A stretch of 64,000 bases of DNA from Octopus vulgaris (taxonomy: Eukaryota). Both the position numbers and the translations under genes were made by a program. Location of the stretch: positions 48,918,001-48,982,000 of the forward strand of contig OX597814.1 in NCBI GenBank assembly GCA_951406725.2. The letters run 5' to 3'. Below, piece after piece: positions 25,781 through 40,400 of this stretch. Every line of letters begins with the position of its first letter. Positions within the stretch are counted from its first letter, which is position 1. Below the pieces are notes generated by a model, which saw only the letters and a program-made list of their open reading frames with translations, was not told where the DNA came from and did no database searches.

Positions 25781-26340
25781 TTGTGAGAGGTTTGCTATAA
25801 TTATGTTCCAAAGTTCAGACTTTCACCATACTGTTTTCTGAAGATCTTAATGAACTAACGAAAGACATTGTTGGTTTTTTTTTTTTTTTCATGGAGCATT
25901 AAAACGAACGCCTTTTGCGTTACTGTTAGTTATTGATTAACTTTAATTCCTACATAACTGGCATTAGATTTCTATTCGCAAGCAACATTGCCAATCTTCA
26001 AATCTTTTTCAACAGATTGATACACGAAACCAATGATCAGGCCATATCCTGTTTGTTAATAGAAGCCTGATGCTAACAGTCTTAGAAGTCAAAGCAAGAA
26101 ACAAACACGTGAAAAGTGTTCCCATGTTTCGTCATTTAAACTAAAAACTGTTATACAGTGAGTTAATTTAAATATTTTCTTTCGGAATATATAACGGAGA
26201 AAATCGTGAAGCATCAATGGAACAGTGATCTTTGAAAAAACATTATACCTCGGAAACTCTAAAGAAATTGAGAAAACAAATGAGAAGTAAAACTGGAACA
26301 CGGTTGAGTTTTTCAGTAAATAATTTTGTGTGTGTGTGTG

Positions 26341-26377
<37 letters not shown>

Positions 26378-28655
26378 GTACTAGTAGTATGACAAATATA
26401 CATACAAATATACGAGCGCACACACTAACAAACAGACACACACTCATAAGCATACATACGTACGTACGTACATACATTCGTACGTACGTACATATGATGT
26501 GCGTGTGTATAAGTATGTAGCATACACGTGTGTGAACGCCCGCGCGTCTGAATGTCTGTTGATGTATGGTAAATAAATGAATATGAATATGCCTGTGTAA
26601 TATGTTTACATACGTATATAACATACGCACATAAGTACACACATGCATACACACAAAACCACGCACGCGCGCGCACACACACACATAATCAGACGTATAC
26701 AAACATCTGTAAGGTACTTAGGCACATTTTGATCACCATCTAGCAATGTTTATGTGGCTTCCCATTTACCCATTTCATTCATTTCCTATGTTAAAACTTT
26801 CCTTCACCAATTCTACTCCAAACAGTAAATTTAAATTCAGCGATAAACTCAAGATAAAAAATAAAGAAAGGAAAGAAAAAAAACCTCTTCCGTCTACGTA
26901 AACAACCATGTGGACTCAATAGTAAATAACATTTCTGGATAAATTAAAAATCAAAATAAGGTTAGGAAATTATTGTTTGGCATTCGTAGGAAATATTTTA
27001 AGAATTTTCTGGGACCAAGTTATAACCTTACTGATTAAAGAAATGTCAAATAAACAAAAAGACTTTGACTAATTTAGCATTTAAATTGCATCTATTGGGG
27101 GCAAGCAAATAGAATGATTTAATTTCGATAAGTATGTGTGTTGGTATAATTCTTCTTATAGAACCTGATCGGATGTGCAGTTGATCTACCAACACAATTT
27201 TTAATGTCTTTATGAATTTTTTTCTATATACCGTTTCTTATTCAATTCTAAAACGTTGTCTACTATTTATCTAATTCTCTTCACAAACAATTTGATGATT
27301 TGCTGATGAACATTCGATTTCATAGTTTACCGAACACAAAATCATTAAAAGCTTAACAATAGCGATTTCTGTGATCCTGACCTTTCTCTTTTCAAGAGCT
27401 TATTCACAAGTTACTGCTGCTCGTATTATATCAGCATTCGTATTTTTTTTTTCATAACTGTTAGCTTCAAGATACATATAACGTGCCAAAATAAATAAAT
27501 GTTACAAAAATAATTTATAACATATATGTAATTTGCTCGGTCTTCAAAATCCTCAATAGTAAACAGTCATAATAAATGATGCCAAGACGTTTGAATTTAT
27601 CTTCATTCTTCAGACTAAGAATAAATTTTAGGGTTTTTTTAATAAAATTTTTAGTATCTTTAGGCGATTCGCTTTAGCCATGCCGGATAAGATTTTCAAA
27701 ACATGAAAATATATGAATATAAAAGAAAAGATTTTAAATACTTAAAAATTTTCCAATGAAATTTTAACATTTTCAACATATTGTAGTTTATACACTTAAA
27801 GCTTTTGTTTTATATTCTAAGAACACCAAAGTTTAAGTTTATCTAGGATGCCTGCCTTGATTAACGCCGTACACAATATTTTGTGTGATGGTTTAAAATA
27901 AATAAGCTTTTATCTCATAATTTACAGAAGGTAGTCACCAATTTATTTTTAACTCAATTCATATGAATATAATTTCAAATGCAAATATAATTCAATGCCA
28001 ATACCGGAAACAAGTATTAATTTGCCTTAGATAAAGGTCGGATATATAACATCTGCGATTTTGTATCGTCCAGATATTTTCAAGTTGGATTGAAAGGCAA
28101 GTCACGTTATTTTCTATTCGACTTCATTTCTCATTTCTTCATTTAATGGCAAACATTGTTGCTCCAACTGGAATTTAATCTACAAAGTGAAGGAACGAAA
28201 ACTATTCCCAGGTATTTTTCTGCCACTTTAAGGCGGAGGTAAGGATACACTTACTTCACAGAACTTACCTAATTAAATTTATACCTGTGGTTAGATTTTT
28301 AGTTGCAGTAATGCTATTACATATTTCATTATGTCAATTGATCAGCAAATCATTTTTCCATGTTTCTGATGAGATGTAAATGACGTTGTATTTTATTTAT
28401 TTTTCAACGAATTTTTATTGGAGCGCAATAATAACTCCAACATTATACATTTTCTAACTTTTTCTCTCCTCATTGAAATATTGTATCTAAACACTTTATA
28501 TGGATTTTATAAACTTTTGCACACAATTGTCAACAGACCAAATACTGCTAACATGCCTTTTGTATATTTATGAAGAAAATATGAAAATAAAATGCTTTAA
28601 AAAAATTGAATTCTGTTGTTAATTTAATTTCGTTGTAATTTCTATCTCAGTATGT

Positions 28656-28986
28656 GGATCTTTTCCTTTTGAACGGCAGTTTTCAACACAATTTCTAGTT
28701 AACTAAACACTTTTAAACTTCGTATACTGGTAGAATGTGTTTATAAAACATCATTTTTTTCTTGGCTTTATTGAGAAAATTCTATATGTTGTAACATATT
28801 TCCACTTTAAAATCGAGCATTTCGGCAATTTTAACCAATCAAATACGTCCATTTGGGGTGAAAACATACCGTGCTGTATGAATATGTCCCTCGTTTTATA
28901 AACACATTCTACCAGTATACGAAGTTTAAAAGTGTTTAGTTAACTACAAATTGTGTTGAAAACTGCCGTTCAAAAGGAAAAGATCC
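28656..28986. mobile_element. MITE with ~94-bp TIRs and 8-bp TSD (Merlin- or MULE-like)
   Basis: CAGTATGT|GGATCTTTTCCTTTTGAACGGCAG ... CTGCCGTTCAAAAGGAAAAGATCC|CAGTATGT. TIRs 28656-28749 and 28893-28986 are nearly perfect. Confidence 0.92.
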
Positions 28987-30689
28987 CAGTATGTAACTAA
29001 TTACATCGTCCTATGGTTTTATTTTAAATTAGAGTACCCGAGCCGTCAATAATGACAGAGTTATTGTTGAAAAAGTTACTCGATGGAAGTTGGTAGAGGA
29101 TGAGGTAGTAAATAAAAATGCCAAAATAATAGGAAAATAATAAAATTATATTTCTGACTCCAAACACTAAACACGTATGATTCACTTCAGAAATTCGTGG
29201 AGAACAACCTTTTTTGTTTAGGCATGAGGGGGTACTGACACACCTTCACCTTCAGAATTTTCAATCTGTAATTTCAAGGTGTTTCTCACCATAACCCTAA
29301 CCCAGATCAGGTCAGATACCACGGTAGACCGCACGCTAAAGTAGCATCGAAATTTCTTATGACTGTTGCGATGCCGTACAAATCATCTGACTTTATGAAC
29401 GTTAAAACATTATGAGACAATGAAGACAGCAGAATGAACTTCCAAATACAAAAAATAAACAGGACAACTCTAGTAAGTAGAGACCTTGTTTGAAAATTAA
29501 GTGAGAAATATTTTCATAGATCTTAGTGGGAAAAAATAAATTCAAACTTAAGAGTCATTGTTCTATAATATGACAACAGCTTACCCCAAAAGAACTGTTC
29601 GGGTTACATTGATGACGAAGAATCTCATAAATATTGTGATGCATGGCAAATTGTCAAAATTCATGATTATAAAAACATTAGATAAACATTAAGAATGCAG
29701 AATAAACTTTCGAATACAAAAAACAAACCGAGCAAGTGAACTGAGCCGCTGTTGCAGTAAGAAAGTAGAAACGCTGTTGGTTAATTTAGAAAACTTCCAA
29801 GCTGTTTCATTAAACATTTTGAGACAAACACAAAAAAATAAATAAATAAATAAATAAAAGGAATGACTCCAGTTCACGTTGAATGATTTAGAAAGTAAAT
29901 CTTAAAAAGTGGAACAAATTCAGCAGCTTCAAACGTTAAACTGTTATTCATAATACACACACACACAAAGACACGTAGCGTATTATATGTAGTGATTTTT
30001 TTTTGTTTGTTTTTTGCTTTTTAGGTTCCTTGTAAGCACGATTTCCACGGTAGCTGCTAATTCAAAATAAAAGATTAATATTTGAGCCAGCATGTCAAGA
30101 TAATTTGAGTCAGAAAAACGAAAAATTCAAATTCAGTGATGAAACGTCTTTCTTACCTCAAGATGGTAAAATAGAATTCACCATAGTTAGAAATATGAAT
30201 CTGCACCTCTATACATATACAAATGGATGCACAAACGATAGAATGTAGCATTCAACACATTTGGTTTTGTGTTACATGTCTCTAATAACAGTTTAACACA
30301 GCTGCATAAGACGTTTCTTGGGTGCGAAGTATACATCCCTTCCATCAGATATTCGGAAGGACGTGTCCTACAGGCCCACGAGACTCCTTCAAAATCTCTT
30401 CCAGTAGTCTTAAAATTCTCACGCGGAATAAGAAATTTATTTATTAGTGCTTCGTATACGTCTTCGCGAGTTCTCCATCTTTAGGAATTTTGAGAATAAA
30501 TTCCTTAAAATCCTCTCTTTTCGTTTCTATTTTGTCTTCCAGTGTTGATTTTATACTCCATCAGTGAAGTTGATAGAATTTGTTTTTTGAAGTGCTTGGT
30601 CGGTTTGCTGTTTGTGCTGTGGTTATGTTTGTGTATTTTCCTGTAGTTGTTCTCTGTGTTCACGGAGAAATATTTATTCCAGAGGTCCG

Positions 30690-31240
30690 TTGGTAAATTT
30701 CACCTATTTCATACGTATCGCCAAATACAAAGGTATCAGCAAACATTCATCTAAAGAGCATGCATTTGCGGATATTTTTTAGCCTCCGCTTCATTGAAGC
30801 AGAGGACTACCACCGTCCTATACTCTCTTCCTGTCCTCACATACCATATTGTACCCTATACATCTTTTAAACATCTCTTAGCTTGTGTTGCGGTCAGATT
30901 ATCTATTTTTCTGATCTTAATTCATCTGAAGGCGGCGAGCTGGCAAAATGCTTAGCGGCATTTCGTCCGTCCTTACGTTATGAGATCAAATTCCGCCGAG
31001 GTCGACTTTGCCTTTCATCCTTTCGGAAGTTGATAAATTAAATATCAGTGAAACGCTGGGGTCGATGTAATCGGTTGGTCCCCTCCCCCAAAATTTCAGG
31101 CCTTGTGCCTTGAGTAGAAAGGATTATTAATACATCTGTCGGTCAGGGTTCTTCTAATCCTTTATTATTTTTTCTGGCAGGATTTGGTCTCGTTAGATTG
31201 TAAGTGGCAATAAAGCCACCATTCAGTCTTTGGTGGATGC
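30690..31240 (-). mobile_element. Older L1/Tx1-like ORF1 fragment, interrupted by a SINE
   Basis: Manual translation RRTLTDR*IKIRKID..VRTGREYRTVVVLCFNEAEAKKY..LLIPLYLAIR resembles RFATVEARQHS..LLVPIYLGRR in the neighbouring element. Confidence 0.4.
30931..31125 (+). mobile_element. SINE type A with short internal deletion
   Basis: GGCGGCGAGCTGGC..GACTTTGCCTTTCATCC, flanked by TTAATTCATCTG / TTAATACATCTG. Confidence 0.88.
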
Positions 31241-31289
31241 GTGGTGCTAGAGCCGAAACAGATGTGCGCGGCTTTTCAGCGGCAATGGA

Positions 31290-33505
31290 AACGTCCATCT
31301 AAGTGTTCCAATCCCCTACTAATATTAAAGTCCGAGACGTTCCCAGGAAAACTTCCAAACGCTTGAAGTAATCAGACCTCCCTGCCCGAGTATAGGCAGC
31401 TACCAGTCTGAAAGCACCGCCGTCACTGCTGTTCACATCTAAAACCACCAACTTAACTTCTGGATCCAGGAAGACTGCCTTTATTTTCAAATCCAGACCC
31501 TTCCGGAAAAGCACCTCTCTACCAACACCGTCCCCTCCCGGCCGACACGGAGATAGTTAGATCTCGTATCCACCGAAAAAGGTGATGAAGTCCCGTGGGT
31601 TAGATAGTCTGGATTCACTAATGGCTGCAACATCTACATTAAGGGACCTCAGATCATTTAAAAGGTGACCTTGTTTCCAAGGCGACCAGAAGCCCCTGAC
31701 ATTTACACAACCTATTCTGAGCATCACCATTGTAAAATAAATTCAGAAAAGAGCTCTACTTATCAATGTTGTCCCCCTGGTCTTTGTTGTGGGCGTTTCA
31801 ACAAGGATTTTGTGTAGTCTTTTCGAAAAGGTTTTCTGAAAAGACCCCACAGCATTAGGAAAGTTAATCGTTAATGTGTTGTAGGTGTCTTGCTTTAATT
31901 TCAAAATTTGTATGAGTAGTCGTGGTGCAATGTGTGGTATCTGTGTGTTGTCTGATGTATTTAACGAGGTCTGTGTTGTCGGTGTCGGTGTCGATGGCTG
32001 AGGTTGGTGGTGTTTGAGGTGGCAGTACTGCTGTGTGTTGTTGTGTGTGCGTGTTGCTGCTGTTGGGAATTTCCTCTTGTTTGCGCCTCCCTCTCTTTTC
32101 TTCTTTTTTTCCCTCCTTTTTGTAGAGAGAACTGTTTGCCAGTCCTTCTCTACCTCAATACTCGAACGTTCCGAGTTGTTTTGGTCGGGAAGGGGGATAT
32201 TCTCTGGCTGTTCATTTTGCTGGGGTTCATATGTTGCTGGTACTCCCTCAGGTGTTTTTGGTGCTGGTGGTACTCTGGCGACGGCGTCGCTATCGCTGGT
32301 GGTGATGGGGTTAGTTTCTGCTGCTGCACTGGCGGTACCCCTGCTTCTGCTGTCGCTTGAAGCTTTCGTCACACCTCTTTGTATTTGAGGCAGTCGACCT
32401 TAAGGTGCTGGTCGCTTCCACAAAAGTAGCACCTCGGTCGTCTGCCCTCCACAGTTACGTGTAGTCTCCTGCCGTCTGTTACGTTAATGGCACCAGGGTT
32501 AGAATTTAAGGCCTTTTGTTCAATTTGAAGAAGCTCTAATCCCTGACCCGTCCAGCTTTGTTGGTGCAATTTATGCACCTCTAGTATTCTGACGCTGTCC
32601 TCTATATATCAAAGAGGAGACAGCCGCTACTAGCCAGCATATACTCATTTCGGGGGGGCATCGCCCCAGTTTTAATTTTGGTGACGCGCCGACCTAGGTA
32701 TATCGGCACGAGCAGGAATTCCTCAGTTTTTACTAGCACTGTGGAATGTTGTCTTGCCTCTACCGTTGCGAAGCGTTCTTCCAGTGCCGAATCGTCTTCC
32801 TCGCATCACAGGTTTTCCTGTTCCATATTGGTTTTAATGCTGCTTCTATTTGCTGTCGAATTGCTCGTTCAACTCTCTCTTGTTTAATATTCAATGTTCT
32901 ATAGATTACTGTTTTTTGTAGGGGGGGGGTTGCGTTTCTTCTATTAGTTGTTGTAGGGTGTTAAGAAAAATATTATTTTCTTCCTTCCTCAGCAATCCCT
33001 TTTCGTTTTTTAAATCGTCAATAGTTAAATGAATCAACTCTCGTTTGTTTCGCCCCCGACGCAAAACTGTTGCCACTTGGTTTGTCATTGTTCTCGTTTG
33101 ACTCTTTCTTTCCGTTTCTGTTTACTGTGTTCGTGTCGGTGGTGACGTTGGCTATGTTTTCTTCGCTTACTTCTTCATTTTCCATGTTGATGCTGGTGCT
33201 GTTACTGATGTTCGTACTTGTGTTGTTCAGGGGTGGGGGGAATCTTGGCTGTACTGGCCGTCAAAACAGCCACTGCCAATTCCCTCGGCAGAGGAAGCCA
33301 TCTTGTTTTTTCGTTAGACGAAAAGAAAGAAATATTTCTTTAAAAGGACAAAACGTCCAAAATTCGCTCCTAAAAGGAGGAACCTTCAACAAAAGAACCC
33401 TTTCTGCACACCAAAAGAGGTTCAGAAAACTAAACTGTCAGTGAACTTGAAAAAAATCACAAAATCCAACCTCTCGGAGCTCTGAAAACACGTTTTAACT
33501 CAGAC
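31290..33505 (-). mobile_element. L1/Tx1-like LINE 5' half: 5' UTR, ORF1 (zinc knuckle) and start of ORF2 APE endonuclease
   Basis: ORF1 pieces (32906-33088, 32369-32578 with CYFCGSDQHLKVDC = CX2CX4HX4C, 31743-32372). ORF2 starts at 31730 with MVMLRIGCVNVRG..DVAAISESRL and later FRLVAAY..LILVGDWN (APE motifs). Frameshifted, and RT is absent. Confidence 0.85.
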
Positions 33506-33790
33506 AACAACAATAATAATTTAACATCCGTTTTCCATGCTGGCGTGGATTAGACGACTTGACAAGAACAGGCAAGGCCAGGAGCCGCTCAAGTTTCCAT
33601 AGTCTGTTTTGGCTAGGTTGCTACAGCTGGATGCCCTTCATACTGCCGACCACTTTACAAAGTGTACTAGGTGCATTTTACGCGGCACCGACACCCACAC
33701 AAGTACTTTTTATGTGGCACCTTGGTTTTACGATCTCATTTCTGTTGCGGTGGGCGGGCGGGCCTTCTTGAGTACAGCAATGCGCCACTA
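33506..33790 (-). mobile_element. SINE type C (short-repeat tail), degenerate
   Basis: TTTAACATCCGTTTTCCATGCTGGC..CTACAGCTGGATGCCCTTC matches 59978-60219. Confidence 0.75.
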
Positions 33791-34049
33791 ATATTATATT
33801 TATAACAAAAATATTTCCTTACATGTGCTAATCATAAATAACACCCAGTGAAACGTTTAATTTGCTGTTACTTGAGGCCAACAATTAATGTGCAGTACTT
33901 GATTGGTACTTTATATGGAAAGGCATAAATGTCATATTTTCCTGTTTTCCTTCACCCTTAAAAATACTATCTGTTTCTTGTTAAAAGAAGACCTTATATT
34001 AAGTTTTTGACAGACTGGGGAAAAAAGTTAATCTAAGAAAAAACACTGT

Positions 34050-34460
34050 TTCTCTTTTCCGTGGACAATATCACTAGATGAGAACTGTCAATTACATGGA
34101 CATGTTCCACCCGCTGATTTACAGGCGTGCTGCCTCTTCTCTTTGTTTTTCTATTGCTGCTACAACGGCCTATGTTCTTCAGAGTTCGTTGGTCTTTCAC
34201 CTCCTCTATTTTCGGCACCCAACCCGTTCATCTCTCCATCCCATGTCATCCTCCCACCCACCAAACTAACCATTACGTCCAGTCCTTCCTCCTGAGAACA
34301 CTGATCCTCTGGAATATTTTCCTAGCTACCCTTTCTGCATGTGTTGACCTATAGCAGTTTAAATAGCGCATTAACAACCTCAAGTTCACCAGTCTCAGAG
34401 AGCCTGCCATGGTCACGGATACGCCCTCTTCCTTCAGACTCAGTAAATAAAAAAAAAATA
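34050..34460 (+). mobile_element. CR1/L2-group LINE 3' end with A-rich tail
   Basis: HPLIYRRAASSLCF/FYCCYNGLCSSE..TNHYVQSFLLRTLILWN resembles the L.HRR.VASL.LFYRY..CSSEL..RT..LWN terminus; followed by AATAAAAAAAAAA. Confidence 0.7.
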
Positions 34461-35335
34461 ATTAAAGGAAAACCTGATAGACTAGGGTCACCAAGCCTTT
34501 CCTATTTGTAAAGAACCTCTAGCCTGATCTATGAACCATTTTAACTGAAATGGGATTTATAAAAAATAAAACTGTAAACAAGTAGTGTTTTAAAAATGTT
34601 CATTTATTACAAACATTGCTTTATTACTTGACTAAGTGATTGGGAAACCAACCAGGTGTCTGAATCAAGAAGAGAGTAGCGCGATGAAGTGGGGGAGAGA
34701 AGTAAGTAGTCAAAGAGAGACTTAACAGACAGAAGACAAAGAGGGCAAAAAAAAAATACGAAAAAAACCGATTCCTAAAGAAAAAAAAACGATGAAATAG
34801 TTGTCAAAAAAGGATTTATTAAGCAAAATGTTCAATGAAAACTGCCACCAGCTCTTGGCTGATGAATAAAGATTGACGTTAGATGAGATCATAGCCAGGT
34901 CATTAGCTATAAATGTTTACAAAGACCATCTTGAGTCCAGAGAAAATAATCTTGCCAGCAAGGAGTTTTGCTTCAGCTCCCTGATTTCCACTGCCCTTCA
35001 CACCTGTCCTCTATAAAGTATTATCCAACAGAATATAAAGATAAAGATAGAGGTAGTAAAGAATGTTTAAAATTTTTCGCCGGTTATAAAATAACAAATA
35101 GATGTAAACAAAAACAGTGATGTTTTTGTTCCTGCAAGTGTAAAAAAAAACAAAAAACAAAAAAAAAAACAATCACTCCCTCTATTGGCAGAAGTATTAA
35201 AGGAAAGGTTGAAAGAAGAGAGATATGTGGCCTACATACATACACATACATATATACATACACACACACACACGGGTATGTGTATATACACACACAGACA
35301 TATGTATGTGTATACATATATGATATAAATATTAC

Positions 35336-35375
<40 letters not shown>

Positions 35376-37376
35376 CTGTAATCACACACAAACGATGAAT
35401 TTGGAAGCATCTCAAAATACAGTTAAAATTGTCTAGTCTACAAAATATCAATCGAATAACAGTGACTCCATTCTAGTTGGCATGGCATTTCTGTAAATTC
35501 TATTGGTAACTTAATGTCTTAGATTGATAATCACAACTAGGCCATGTTCTTTTTTCCTTGCTCTATCCACAAATCAGAAATATAGCAATTCAACAAGAAT
35601 GATCATGAAACACAACAAATGACTTAGATGCAGTGGTAAGTTTGGTTCTAAAATGAAATAAAAGTTAAGAAAACTTACCATTTTCTAACTACTAATTTAC
35701 CAGTTGATTAAATAAGATTATTTTAAGTGATAACTTCCACAGAGATCTTATAAGAATGCAATATACATAATAAAACGAAAAAAGAGGAATGTCTAAATAT
35801 GCTGGAGTACCAATACAGCAGTGATTCACAAAGTTATCTATGGCTAAATACATAGCTGAATACACAACTGAGATAAGCTTCCTATAAAAACCTTATTTAT
35901 ATCAAATTTGTTTCTGCCAATACAACCATCTCCACACACAAACAAGGTTTTAAAATGAACAACTGATTAAGAATAGTTTTATAGTGAAACATACAATGAC
36001 TGTAGAAGTAACCATACTATTTCTTCAGAAGACTTATGACAACAACATGAAAATTTAAACCTTCTGCAACATTTTGTTATTAAATCTTTAGAGAGATCAC
36101 AAACTGAAGTAACATCACATTCTCTCAAAGACGAAAATTAACAAAAGAAATATTGCCAGAACCACAAAACAATTTTATTAGTAAAACAAACCAATAATAT
36201 ATTTAGGGAGGTTTACTAAAAATGCATGTTGTAATCAGACTTCCAAATTGTTAAACAATCTCTATAATGTCCAGAGCTTTCTGATCATTCCATAGAATAA
36301 GTTTACAACTTGAATGCCACAAGAAATGGACCAACAAGAAAATATTTCTTCTAAAATGTGTAGATTGCTGGAAAGCGATATCCCTTTAAAATAATCCAGT
36401 ACAGAAAAACTAAAACTATTTCTCAATGATGCAAGTACCATTGTTTGAATGAAGAAAAAATATATATATAAAAAAAACAACTTTGGAATGTAAATAAAAT
36501 AGAAGTTGGAAAAGAAACACTATTATACCTGAATGCCTGTTAAATGCAGAATGTGATTTCTTTCTACAAAAAGGTTTGACACAACTGCAACAAACAGGTA
36601 AGTGAATTCCAGAAGGAACCAAAAGCAATAATGGATATTGTCTATAAGGCACCAACTATTTACTGAAAACTTATACAAACAACCATTTTGTAACAAGAAC
36701 ATACCATCTGCATGAGCACACTCTAGTACTAAGAAAGAAAACTAAACAAGCCTAATCCAAATGAAAAAAAAATTGTATGATGCAAAGTATAATGAAATGT
36801 AAACACAGACAGCAGTAAATTGTTGAACAGCACCAAATAATTGTAGACTCAAAACAAACTGCATAGAGGAACTTAAACAACAAGGTATGGAATAAATACC
36901 TTTACAAATGGTCCATTGATTACAAATACAATACAGCAATGAAGAAAACTAAAAATGATTTTTTATGTTTAGAAAACAGCAACATTGAAAGAGCAACATG
37001 TATTTTCTTTTTAAAATTTATATATTAAATAAAACTTCAGTTTTCCAGTGCAATGGATGATATATAATTTAGTGCATGTAGAAAACACTAAAACTTATCT
37101 CCAATTGCTTGACCCTTACTGCAACAACTCAAAGACTTTTTTAAAAATATAAATAAGTAATTGAAGAAGTAAAAGACAAAACTTAATTAAAATGAAATCA
37201 ATTTTATAGAATGTACAGTTTACAAAGAACCAAATGCATGAAATTACACATTCTTAGACACAAATATTTATTTTGTTACACTCAGCAAAGAAAGCTTCTA
37301 ATTTCTAAATTATGAGAACCATCCAACTCATTGATATCAAAATTCAGATGATTTTATATAAAAGTATGGATGAAGG

Positions 37377-37411
<35 letters not shown>

Positions 37412-40400
37412 TATTAATGATCATTACACATATCTACAGTACATCTATAGAATTAAATGATTGAAGATGTTTAAATTTTATTTTTTTCATGGTGTTCAAT
37501 GAACATTGTTTAACACAATGAAAAACTCATTACTTAACCTCATATTCTTAAATGCAAGCTTTAAAAATTTTGATTTTGGCCCCCAAAATATATATATATA
37601 AAAAAAATAGGGGGAGGGTAAATAGAAAAGCGATTTGTGTTATGAAAAGAAAGGAAATAAACTTTCTCTTATTGGAATACACATTAGAAAAATTCCATTC
37701 AACGTTACTTATCTTTTTGAACAAGTTAATCTGCAAGAATAGGATCAAAACAGTGTCAGTGATAATAGCCATGGTTTTAGTGAAATAATTGGAAACCTAA
37801 TCTTTTGGTAAAGAGACAGAAAGTGGAAGAATCCAGTTTACAAATATAAGCTACTTACTAAGTAACACACAAAATAGTCCATACTTTACACAGATTAAAT
37901 GATTATGCTCCAAAAAAACATCGATTGGTTGAGCAGACATAATTCTGATGAAATAACATTTTTAATGAAAAAATGTTATAACTTTGTGGAGAATGGACAA
38001 AGCTGAATGGATCAGATGCTGGAGAAATAATACAAAATCCTGTTGTAGACATTACATTATGCTCTTGAAATTATAATTTATGCAAATGTCTGGATTTACA
38101 AAATCATTCATGACATACTAAAATGAAAAACTAAAATGTGATTACATTATGAAAATACCTTAAAGCAATTTTTTTTACAGAAATGCTAAGACAAGATTTC
38201 TATTGTGCTTATACCTCCAGCAAAAGCACATGCTGGAATACAGCCACAGCTCAGGCCTAGATTACAGAAAGTAATAAATGTCTACCTTTTTTTTAAAGAA
38301 AACAATGGAGTTTTTAGAGCAAGAAAAGTTAGAGAAAGAATTAAATGAAAAATGCAGAGAACCAGAAGGGTTGGAGATTCAGATAGGACAGCAGTAGAAT
38401 AATCAGAGAGAAATGGACAGTTAGAAAGGAACAGATTAAGAATTAATGAGAAATAGATAAACAAGAAAGAGTGAAGGTGAATATCATGTGAAAATGCACG
38501 AAAATACCCGTGAAAAGCTTCATGACCAGTTAATGGCTGAGGTAACTGACACCATTATATCTAACCTTGGAGATTAGAGATCGCTGCTGGGTTTACAGAG
38601 GGCATAGGCAGTAGGAAGAAATGATCAAGTCATGTGTATATAGGCAGATTGTGAGGAGATAAAGTAAATAATGACTAAGACAAACTACAGAAGTAGAAGC
38701 ACAGAAGAATTATGCCAAAAGAGTGACAAATCTGATACCAAAAAGGAAGGAATGGGGAGGGGGCCTAGCCCCTGCCTTCAAATAAAATGAAGTGATTAAA
38801 TGAGCTGCATCAGAAAATATTTTCGAACTTTGATGAACAGACAGATAGATACTGGCAAAAATCAAATATTTTTTATGAAACCAAGAGGGAATTTAAAACA
38901 AAAAAAAAGATCAAGAATTTTAAAAAATTAATTTATATCATATCAAGAAAATAAAAGATTTTTCAAACTAATTTTATTCTCTCTTTTGGTTTCTTTTCAT
39001 TAATATATGACAATAAAAAATAATTTAAAATATGTCCCCAAAAATGCCAATTTATCAGTAAACATTGTATATGAATCTCTAGGTAAAATGATGGTCAGTT
39101 TCCACTATGACAATGCTATGGTTGAGGGGAAAAGCTCAGTCTTCTCTATGGTACCCTTAAGAACAATTGTGATGAACATTCAAGCCAGTGATTCACATTT
39201 AATTCCACTACTGCAAAGAGTTTCAAATTTTTCAATCCTTTCAAACAGACATCAACCACCCACACAAACAACATCCACCCATTGATCAGAAACCTCAACA
39301 TGCTTCTTTGGTCTGATTAGGAAACATACTAAGTGCTTTGTACAAAAACAAATGCAATGAAATACAAAAGTACTTCCTACGTACGTGTTGCGAGAAAATG
39401 TTAGCAGCAACCAGAAATAAAATCCAATGTAAAGTCAAATTTAACAATATGATGCCCGATAACAACAAATTCTTAGCAAGCATCAAAATCCTTTGCTTTC
39501 TCCAAACAAAGTCTTAAAATATAATATATTATCCATGATGTTATACAGAACCCAGTTCCCATCCCACTTATAATCACCAAGAACTTTGTCTTTAGAGAAG
39601 GCATTTTAAAACTAAATGCACAATATAAATTTCCTTTACAAAATACACACACTTACACACACCTAAATATACACACGTGCGTGTATATATTTATGTGTAA
39701 TAATATATATATTAATATTTATATATATATACTCGTATATGTATAGAAATATACAATACACACACATATATATATACATATACCATCATCGTATATACAA
39801 ACATGCATAGATTCACACATTCATTAATACATACAGATTCACACACAAACATGTATACACACTATGCATACACACACACAATTATAACCACAGTATGGCC
39901 TTAGACATGATGGCTGAAAGAAACTAAGGAACTCTAGAGTATATATGTATGTGTGTGTATGTTTATAAAGGTAAAATGTATGTGTATGCAAGTGAAAAAC
40001 TAAAATAAAAAATAGCAGATAAGATGAGCAGATGTCAAGAAGCAGAAAACGTTTGGGCCATTTATGTAAGACCAACAGGATAAACATTTAACCGAGCACT
40101 CATTGATGAGATGGCGATGAACAATTGATATAATGGACTACATGGAAAAATATTTACAATATTTCTCAAATATTTATAAAACAATATTCACTGCGACTTC
40201 TGTTAACTCTCATAACTATTCAGACAGCAGACACCATCTGTGCTATTTGAAAAGAATAGGTGAGAGAGAAAAAAAAAAAAAAAGGAATGAATCTTTAGAA
40301 AGAAAAAAAGGAGGAAGGGGAGAAGGAGGGGGAAAGAAATGGTGAGAAGAGAGTGACAACAGAAGGTGGCTAGTTATAAATTAAGACCTTACATATAGCA

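Noticed and set aside
32004-32388. Plus-strand hydrophobic ORFs
   Set aside because: Antisense of the LINE ORF1.
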